Source: Promethearchaeum syntrophicum
Lineage (GTDB): Archaea; Asgardarchaeota; Lokiarchaeia; Sigyniarchaeales; Promethearchaeaceae
Length of the DNA stretch: 32,000 bases
Direction of reading: 5' to 3'
NCBI RefSeq assembly: GCF_008000775.2
Contig: NZ_CP042905.2
Location: 2,700,001 to 2,732,000 of the forward strand
A program made the translations under genes and the position numbers. Below the pieces are notes generated by a model, which made no database searches, had not been told where the DNA came from, and saw only the letters and a list, made by a program, of their open reading frames with translations. Positions 8,267-15,254 of the stretch are shown in pieces; the first letter of the stretch is position 1; every line of letters starts with the position of its first letter.

Positions 8267-9946
8267 ATGGCTAAGAATTTAGCGCCATTATTATTACGCG
8301 GGGATATATTAATTGATGGTGAAGGTGATGTTTTTCTAAAATTACTGGATAAAACAAGTGTAAAAGATTTAGATTTTGTATATTATAATGAAATATTTGA
8401 ACATCTATCTTCGAGTAGATCAAGGGAGGATGGAAAAATAGCTGAAAATAATGCTAAATCAGCATTAAAAATAATATCCAATTCTTTAGATTTAGCATTA
8501 TTGGGAATTTATTTAACACAAGACATAACACATCCATCGCATATATATGGAGGGTCAAATTATATTGAAAAATTCCTACATATTATGGATGCATATATAC
8601 ATTACAATATTCCTGGTCAAAGGGAGCGAAATGCAATATTTATGGACTATAATAGAATTAGAAGACTATTAGAAATTATAGAAGATCCCGGTATAGCTAT
8701 GATTAGAGAAAATGAGATGAGTTGTATTGAGGACCTTCTAAAAAGATGTATAGATAATCAATTCGATCAACGTCAAAAAGGGTTTATTGAATTAATTAAA
8801 AGTAAGACTTCTGGAATCAGCGCTTTATATGACAACCTTATCGACGATAAAAATTATGGAGGACATATATACTCACAATATACAAATGATTTTAAAACAT
8901 CAGGAAAAACTCTTTCCTTTATGTCCAAATTATCCGCATCAGATATAGAATGGGAATTTATGAGTCAAATGCACGCCAAAACCTACATAGGTTTTCTGCA
9001 AAAAGATATTACGATGGTTTTCACTCAACTTGGTAACGATTTTACGTTTGTTGGAGGTTCAACTTCTGAACTACTATCAATTATCTCCCAAACGATGTTT
9101 AGAAGACAAATACCAGGAACCGATAAATTCGAATTAATTTATCTTCCACCAGGTCAAATAACAAATGTCGACGGAAATCTTATATCTCCTCGTACTTTAA
9201 TGATCAATAGTCAAGTATTGCTTCCGTTAATGAATAATTTAGGTCATTTCTTTCAAGTTGATTATTCAAAAAATTTTGCAGCTAAAAGAACCAATAGTCC
9301 TCAGATCGATGAAGATGCGGGTCGCGTAGTTTATATAGGTTATATGGGTATGCCCTCTACTTCTTACGTTATTGACAAACTGGAAAAAATCGAAGACATC
9401 CAAGCCCAAGGTGCTGCATTTATTAGTATTATGGGTGATGGAAATATTAGAGCAAAATTTGAATCTGTTCTTGCAAGTAGTCGATTTAGTGGTATGGGGA
9501 CAGTTCTTATTAATAAAAAACCATTCGATTATCTTGAGGAAATATCAAATAATCCCGATACATATCATTTAAGTTATGAACATATTATTGATGATATTAC
9601 ACGTATAGCAGCCGGTTTAAGTGCCCAAAATCCAATTATTTCACAATTAGCATTAAACTCGAAATATAATGCAGAAATTGCAAAAGCTTTCGGTAAGTCA
9701 GTAGATGCTCAAAGGCAAGTTACAATTAATTCAATCATGGCTATGTGGTGGAATAATTTCCGTCATTCTAAAGCACCTCGTGATCCATCACAACCTATTG
9801 GTAATATGTTTAAGGCACAATCCAAAATGTTAAAATTCTTCCTTAAATCGATTAGGAACTACTATAGACCAATTGATCCTAATTATATTCCTCCATGGGT
9901 TATATTAAACGGTTGGAAAACAGAATGGGAAAGCTATTTTAATTAA
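8267..9946 (+). CDS. hypothetical soluble protein (559 aa), orphan
   Basis: Long clean ORF with non-repetitive composition and no TM segments. I recognise no motif. Confidence 0.6.
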   Translation: MAKNLAPLLLRGDILIDGEGDVFLKLLDKTSVKDLDFVYYNEIFEHLSSSRSREDGKIAENNAKSALKIISNSLDLALLGIYLTQDITHPSHIYGGSNYIEKFLHIMDAYIHYNIPGQRERNAIFMDYNRIRRLLEIIEDPGIAMIRENEMSCIEDLLKRCIDNQFDQRQKGFIELIKSKTSGISALYDNLIDDKNYGGHIYSQYTNDFKTSGKTLSFMSKLSASDIEWEFMSQMHAKTYIGFLQKDITMVFTQLGNDFTFVGGSTSELLSIISQTMFRRQIPGTDKFELIYLPPGQITNVDGNLISPRTLMINSQVLLPLMNNLGHFFQVDYSKNFAAKRTNSPQIDEDAGRVVYIGYMGMPSTSYVIDKLEKIEDIQAQGAAFISIMGDGNIRAKFESVLASSRFSGMGTVLINKKPFDYLEEISNNPDTYHLSYEHIIDDITRIAAGLSAQNPIISQLALNSKYNAEIAKAFGKSVDAQRQVTINSIMAMWWNNFRHSKAPRDPSQPIGNMFKAQSKMLKFFLKSIRNYYRPIDPNYIPPWVILNGWKTEWESYFN

Positions 9947-10015
9947 TTTCTAAATTTTTTCATGGTATATGTTTTTATATGCCTTTTTTTATATATATTC
10001 TAAGAATGATTCAAA

Positions 10016-11431
10016 ATGAACGATATTTATAATACACCAGTGATTCACCCAGAACTATTTGTCGAAATTCCTAAAAAAGAGAGATACGTAATTGAATCAT
10101 TTGGAATTACATTTAATCGAATGACAAATTTTCCCCGCTGGAACGATATCAAAATAGATAATGGGCATGTGAGAAAAATTTTACTTTCTTTTCCCATTCA
10201 AGAAAAATTTCAACCCACTTATATGTCCCCCACTCCGCATAAAAAGATCGGAGATCAGACATATTATTATTCAAAACACAATCATCCAGAAAATTTCAAA
10301 GGAATCCCCGAAAATTTCGGAAATCTAGAGTTTCTAGAAGATGTCAAATTTGAATTTGACATTTTTGATACATTACCCGACTCGATTGGAAATTTGAAAA
10401 ACCTAAAAATCCTTAATCTTAGCAATTGTAATCTCACCGGATTACCCGACTCGATTGGAAATTTGAATAACCTAAAAATCCTTAATCTTAGCAATTGTAA
10501 TCTCACCGGATTACCCGACCCGATTGGAAATTTGAATAATCTGACCGAACTAAATTTAGGATCTAATAGTTTGCGATTCCTGCCCAAATCGATTGGAAAT
10601 TTGAAAAAGCTTACTTTACTTGATATAAGACATAATCGATTAGAAACTATTCCCGACTCGATTGGAAAATTGAATAATCTGACCGAACTAAATTTAGGAT
10701 CTAATAACCTAACATTCCTTCCAAAATCGATTGGAAATTTGAAAAATCTTAAATTTTTCCACTTAAATCACTGCAATTTTAAATCCATTCCCCCCCAAAT
10801 ACAATTTCTCACAAATTTAATTGTTCTGGATCTTAGGGCTAACCACTTGACATCTCTTCCAGAATGGATCGGAGATCTAAGAAATATTTCACGTCTCACT
10901 TTAGGATGGAATAATCTTTCTTCCTTGCCAAATTCTTTTGAGAAATTGATAAATTTATCTAATTTATCTATTGGGAATAATTATTTTACCGAACTACCCC
11001 AAGTTCTTAATAAATTCAATCAACTTGAAGCGATTTCAGTGTTGCCCAATCCTTTCAAATCTCTTGAATCCATCAAATATTTCTTTCTTAATCTTGATTT
11101 TACTTCTAGTCTTCACGCATTCATAAATTTATTCCCAGAATCGGAATCTGATAAAAAAATCCCCGATACTGTCTCCCAACTAATTCGCGAAGGAAATGGT
11201 GAAGGTTTGTTCAAATACTACGAAACACCTCTCACTGAAATTTTGGAAAAAATTATATCCGACTCTAAATCCCTTTCTGAACATGAAACCGAGCGACTTA
11301 TTTGGGAAAGCAGCGGTTCCGAAAGAAATATTCTTGAATTGCATCTTCCAAATGGTCATTTTATTTTGGAGCAAATTAACGAACGGTTGAGATTCCATGT
11401 TAAAAAAAATGGCATGCAATTATTTAAGTGA
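10016..11431 (+). CDS. leucine-rich repeat (LRR) protein, paralog of 5144-6430
   Basis: About 11 units of the 23-aa LRR type (LPDSIGNLKNLKILNLSNCNLTG...). It shares the N-terminal IPKKE...F...GH motif and the C-terminal module (LFKYYE...LSEHETERLIWESSGSERNILE) with the other LRR protein. Confidence 0.85.
   Translation: MNDIYNTPVIHPELFVEIPKKERYVIESFGITFNRMTNFPRWNDIKIDNGHVRKILLSFPIQEKFQPTYMSPTPHKKIGDQTYYYSKHNHPENFKGIPENFGNLEFLEDVKFEFDIFDTLPDSIGNLKNLKILNLSNCNLTGLPDSIGNLNNLKILNLSNCNLTGLPDPIGNLNNLTELNLGSNSLRFLPKSIGNLKKLTLLDIRHNRLETIPDSIGKLNNLTELNLGSNNLTFLPKSIGNLKNLKFFHLNHCNFKSIPPQIQFLTNLIVLDLRANHLTSLPEWIGDLRNISRLTLGWNNLSSLPNSFEKLINLSNLSIGNNYFTELPQVLNKFNQLEAISVLPNPFKSLESIKYFFLNLDFTSSLHAFINLFPESESDKKIPDTVSQLIREGNGEGLFKYYETPLTEILEKIISDSKSLSEHETERLIWESSGSERNILELHLPNGHFILEQINERLRFHVKKNGMQLFK
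10373..10510 (+). repeat. tandem duplication of one 69-bp LRR unit (2 copies, 68/69 identical)
   Basis: 10373-10441 and 10442-10510 differ at one base (gaaaaacc against gaataacc, giving K to N). Confidence 0.9.
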
Positions 11432-11788
11432 GTTTGTGTAACTTTGAAAAAAATTTGAGACTATTTTTCATTTTCTTATTTAAAGGATCAAAAAAAAATA
11501 ATACCAAAATATAGACCATCCACTTTTTTTTTCTAAAATGGCAATTTTCGGCGTTTAAACGAATCTGGAGAAAAGATAACACAACCACTTTGTCTAAAAA
11601 AGGTCCAAAAAAAAAGATAACGCAACCACTAATACCCATATTTTTTAGAAGGATTATTTACACTTTTTACCGTAATTCGCACATTTATTGGTGTGATTCA
11701 TGATAATCTTTTTTGTTTTTCCACGATATATTCTTTATTTTATTGTATTAAGAAGGAATCATATAGAAGAGGGGAGAGAGAGGAGGGA

Positions 11789-11945
11789 GGGTAAAAAAAA
11801 TTTTATTTTTTTATTTTCGAATTTTATAAACCCCTTTCTTAATGGAAGTTCATGAATAAAGACAAAATCGAAGCTTCCCAGATGAATCTAAAACGCTTCA
11901 CCTCTGATGATGGAGTAGAAATCGCCCATTATAAACCATCCTAAG
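11789..11945 (+). repeat. copy 1 of a duplicated module of about 155 nt (partner 12989-13146)
   Basis: The layout is a G-run, then an A-run and T-rich stretch, a TATA-like box (11822-11830), an ATG at 11852, and a conserved core caaaatcgaagcttcccagatgaatctaaaac (11863-11894, partner 13067-13098). Confidence 0.8.
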
Positions 11946-12361
11946 TGCGGGAAATATCCCTTAATATCTCACATCCCAATCAAGCAAGGCGGAAACAGGT
12001 GAGTTGGTGAATTAAGTTTTATCTGTTGGAATATTTTTATTTCGAAGTTGTTTTTTCTTTTGGTAAGAAAAAATGAGACAAAAACTCAGGTAAATTTGAG
12101 ACTCTTATTTAAAGAGTGTGCTTTCACCGTCATTCTGCATCTTGAAAAAAAATGAGACTTATAAAAGATAAAGAAAGCAAATTTCATGGATACATTTAAA
12201 AATTCAATTTCTGAAGTTTCAGCCATTTCTATTTAAAGGAAAATTAAAATTTGAGACAAAACACTGAAAAAATTTGAGACTCCTATATAAATGACTCGTT
12301 ATCACTGTCATTCACCATCCCGAAAAAAAATGAGACTCGGAATTCTATTTAAATAATACCA

Positions 12362-12963
12362 AAAGATAATTTTGAAACTCTCTTTTTTCTCTAAAATATA
12401 ATTTTCGCCCTTTAAACAGATTTGGAAGAATCAATATTTTTGACATTTATGATATTTTAGCAAAGATAATTTTGCAACTTAAGCCCAAAAGGCTCCCAAA
12501 CAAAGATAATTTTGCAACTATGTCTAAAAAAGGTCCAGTAAAAGGTCCAGAACCAAAGATAATTTTGCAACTTTGCTTAAAAAAGGTCAGAAATCAAAGA
12601 TAATGTTGAAACTTTGCTTAAAAAAGGTAATACCAAAAGATAAATGTTAAACTCTCTTTTTTCTCTGAAATGTAATTGTTGGCATTTAAATGAAGTTGAC
12701 CAAATCGATACTTTTGACCTTTATGGTGTTTTAGCAAAGATAATTTTGCAACTTTGCCCCAAAAGGCTCCTAAAAAAAGATAAATGTTAAACTATTTTTT
12801 CTATGGACATTTTTTACTGTTATTCCCGCTGATACCAAAAAATAAATTTAGCAAAGTTAATTCTGCAACTTTGTTTCAAAATGCGCCCAAAAAAAGATAA
12901 ATTTGCATCTTTGTCTAAAAAAGGTCCGGTAAAAGGTTCAGAAGTAAAGAAAAAATTGCAACT
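12362..12963 (+). repeat. array of 11 copies of the 18-nt motif AAAGATAATTTTGCAACT (degenerate); three more copies lie outside
   Basis: Copies start at 12362, 12462, 12502, 12555, 12596, 12636, 12736, 12776, 12853, 12893 and 12946. Outliers are at 11572 and 11613, plus one reverse copy at 13160-13177. Spacing is mostly 40-41, 53 or 100 nt, with a higher-order period of 274 nt. Confidence 0.85.
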
Positions 12964-12988
12964 CTCTTTTTTGTATGGGTTTTATGGG

Positions 12989-13146
12989 GGGGATAAAAAA
13001 ATTTTTATTTATTTTTTTTTCCGCTTTTTATATCTGCGATTTTTAATGGTAGTCCATGAAAATTGGCAAAATCGAAGCTTCGCAGATGAATTTAAAACAT
13101 TTCTGATGAAAAGTTAGAAATCACTTATATTTTGAACCCTCTTAAG
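12989..13146 (+). repeat. copy 2 of the duplicated module of about 155 nt
   Basis: It has a G7 run at 12986-12992, a TATA-like box at 13025-13033, an ATG at 13056 and the conserved core at 13067-13098. Confidence 0.8.
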
Positions 13147-13405
13147 ATAGAACAAGACGAGTTGCAGATTTATCTTTTTAAGCTGGGTAATATCTTTTTT
13201 TGGAAACAATTTTATTTTTTAGGATTACAAAACGGGGGAAAAAAATGAGACGTTTATATAAATAGCGCTAAATCAGAGTAACAAAAAATACGATTTCTCA
13301 AAAAAAAATGCGACTCTCCAGACAGGTAATTTTATGCAGTTAAAACAGTTACGCGATCCAAAACCGAACAAAGTATGTTTTTAGATTGGTGAGAATTTGC
13401 ATTGT

Positions 13406-13460
13406 GTCTCATTTTTTTATCAAGTCTCATTTTTTTTATTGCATAAATTCTCATTTTTTT
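13406..13460 (-). repeat. three closely spaced reverse-orientation copies of the A-run+TGAGAC motif
   Basis: gtctcattttttt at 13406-13418, gtctcatttttttt at 13424-13437, and the variant ttctcattttttt at 13448-13460. On the plus strand these read as T7-T8 tracts. Confidence 0.8.
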
Positions 13461-13501
13461 AACGAAGTTACAGTTTGATCAGAAAAAAAAGGTAAACCAA
13501 A

Positions 13502-13565
13502 AACTAAAGAATTTAAACATCCTAATTAATTCTTACATTCCTGTTTTCTTCTGTCCCCACATTCC
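13502..13565. repeat. right copy of the perfect 64-nt direct repeat (partner 3638-3701)
   Basis: It covers the stop and last 10 codons of the RuBisCO-family gene plus the 31 nt downstream of it. Confidence 0.95.
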
Positions 13566-14870
13566 GAGGGAAATCCCTAACTCTTTATGATCTTTTGCAT
13601 AAGTTTTTACAGGTATTCCTTCCATTGCAGCAGTAATCGCTTGTCTAAATGCAATTGCTCCGGCTGTTGGTCCATCTTGGTGACTATGAATTCCGCCACC
13701 TGCTCCGAGCATGATATTAAATCCTAAATCTCTTGTAGCATATTCAACCATACCAGGCGTAATCCCCCCAGAAGGCATTGGCATCATCGGTTTTATGTGA
13801 GGTAGAGGATAAACACATTCCATTACGTTCTGAATAAATCGTTCGGGAACAACTGGTGCTTTTCCATATGGTGCTGGTAAAACTATTATATCGCAACCCA
13901 CTAATCGAGGCAATTTTCCAAGGGTTAACTTTGATGTTACGCCAGTGAAAGGATCTTCGTACCACACACCAGAAAAATCCATGTGGCCTTGAATTGGAAG
14001 TTTTACGCTCGGATCCTCAGCAACTTGTTGAACCGCGGTTAGTCCTTGTGGTAGATAATTAATTAACATCCCATTTCCTCCATGTTTTTGTACTACATCA
14101 ATATTTCTAAAAATCCTTGGAGTATTATCTGTTACATTAACCATATAAATAGTTTTTTCCCCAGTTTCTTCTTTAGCTTTATCAAGTCCCTCCATAACCT
14201 TGGTTACTCGATCTTCCAAAGTATTGAATTTCTGGTCTGCAATTAATTCATCATCTTTTACAACATCAACTCCACCAAGGGCTACTTTATAAGCTAATTC
14301 TCCTGCTACTTCAGCAGTATGACCTGTACATGGTTTAATCATGTTATTAAGGAGTGGTCGTTTTTCAACACCGAGGTATTTGCGAACCCCTTCAATTCCA
14401 AATCGTGGACCTGGCATAGTAGCGAGAATGTCTTTTGGAAACCACATATCCAGAAGTTTAATTTTTCCACCCATACTAATATTTCCAATAAGAGCAGTAA
14501 AAAGCAGGGCAAAATTCAATTTCCCTTCAGTGTTCACAAGATTAATTTTTGGCCATGCGATTTGCATAACATAATCTCGATATTCAATAGTTTTTGGAAG
14601 TTCATATTCCCAATTTGGTAATTCATGACAACCAATTAATTTCGCAATATGATTTTTACGGACTTCAGCAGTTTCAGCAGGAACTCTTATCCAAGTTCCA
14701 GTGCTTTGTTCAACACCAGCGAATTGCCCCATGGCTAAACCCGATTGTTTTTTACCCAATCGAGTAAAAAAGGTTCCGATAACGTAATCTTCCAACTCTA
14801 AACCCTCTTTGATTCCCCATGGTTGGGTTAGTATATCTTCAAAATGTGCTAATGGCATTTTTTTTTTCAC
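13533..14870 (-). CDS. RuBisCO large-subunit family protein; active-site substitutions point to a RuBisCO-like protein (form IV-like) rather than a carboxylase
   Basis: Family motifs are present: EQSTGTW, GNISMGG, GPRFGIEGVRK, GGVDVVKDDE, PSGGITPG, GAGGGIHSHQDGPTAGAIAFRQA. IKPCTG replaces IKPKxG, GHMDFSG replaces HxHRAxHA, and DIIVLPAPYGK replaces DxxHxGTxxGK. The track start at 14870 is GTG; ATG at 14858 is an alternative start. Confidence 0.85.
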   Translation of the reverse strand: MKKKMPLAHFEDILTQPWGIKEGLELEDYVIGTFFTRLGKKQSGLAMGQFAGVEQSTGTWIRVPAETAEVRKNHIAKLIGCHELPNWEYELPKTIEYRDYVMQIAWPKINLVNTEGKLNFALLFTALIGNISMGGKIKLLDMWFPKDILATMPGPRFGIEGVRKYLGVEKRPLLNNMIKPCTGHTAEVAGELAYKVALGGVDVVKDDELIADQKFNTLEDRVTKVMEGLDKAKEETGEKTIYMVNVTDNTPRIFRNIDVVQKHGGNGMLINYLPQGLTAVQQVAEDPSVKLPIQGHMDFSGVWYEDPFTGVTSKLTLGKLPRLVGCDIIVLPAPYGKAPVVPERFIQNVMECVYPLPHIKPMMPMPSGGITPGMVEYATRDLGFNIMLGAGGGIHSHQDGPTAGAIAFRQAITAAMEGIPVKTYAKDHKELGISLGMWGQKKTGM

Positions 14871-15254
14871 TTTTATTATTTTTCAATATCTGTCTTATGT
14901 ATAAAAAAATAAATTGAATCTAAATACAACTCTAAGACAATATACGTTAAATAAAACAAGAAGATTATAAATATAAATAGATTTAGTAAAATTCTAAGAA
15001 ATTGGGAAAGTCAAAATTAATCAAAATTCAAAAATGGTTTCAAATCTGTCAGAATTTGCTTTAAACTTTTTACATTAGCGTATTAATATGTATAAAAACG
15101 GGATATTTCATATAATTGAATTATTACTTTTATCGGAATTCGTAAGAGAAGATTTAGCGTGGTATGCAAAAGTCTATAGGTTTTTAGTGATTCTCTAAAC
15201 TTGATATACTATTTCATAAAACAAAAATATAATAATTATTTGAAGGTGAGAACA

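Larger units (their letters stand above)
11440..13500. other. 2.1 kb gene-free, repeat-dense region with at least four nested repeat families
   Basis: No credible ORF. See the separate repeat features and findings. The other intergenic gaps in this window are under about 400 bp. Confidence 0.85.

Noticed and set aside
10282-10587. 101-aa minus-strand ORF antisense to the LRR gene. A similar case is 5829-6116 on the plus strand, antisense to the other LRR gene.
   Set aside because: These are shadow ORFs created by the periodic LRR codon structure. The repetitive FKFPI.SG translations mirror the sense repeats.
11424-11639. 71-aa minus-strand track ORF at the left edge of the repeat region.
   Set aside because: It overlaps the LRR gene stop and the repeat motifs. 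It is poly-F/K low-complexity sequence with no start context.
11765-11791. G-quadruplex in the 27-nt polypurine tract (ggggagagagaggagggaggg).
   Set aside because: Only three runs of G3 or longer are present, so a fourth leg would need a GG run. I kept it only as a G-string note within the origin hypothesis.
11903-11945. C/D-box sRNA, suggested by ctgatga (C-box-like) here and at 13102-13108.
   Set aside because: No CTGA D or D' box at the expected distances of about 12 nt and 50-60 nt, and no terminal stem.
12362-12963. Possible CRISPR array, given its regularly spaced short repeats.
   Set aside because: The period is only about 40 nt. The inter-repeat segments are themselves conserved (ttgcttaaaaaaggtc variants) rather than unique spacers. 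The repeats are degenerate and no cas genes are in the window.
12881-13117. 78-aa track ORF inside the repeat region.
   Set aside because: It is low-complexity (K-rich then F/Y-rich) and runs straight across iteron copies. Its frame hits a stop in the paralogous module copy (cat gaa taa at 11851-11859).
13744-14621. Three small track ORFs (13744-13965 minus strand, 14319-14621 plus strand, 14341-14574 plus strand) overlapping the RuBisCO-family gene.
   Set aside because: They are nested or antisense within a strongly supported conserved ORF.
13533-14870. Bona fide form III RuBisCO carboxylase (rbcL).
   Set aside because: By-eye alignment shows K177, R295, H298 and H327 equivalents replaced by C, M, S and V, although the KDDE and C-terminal glycine motifs remain. 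It is therefore called a RuBisCO-like protein pending proper alignment.
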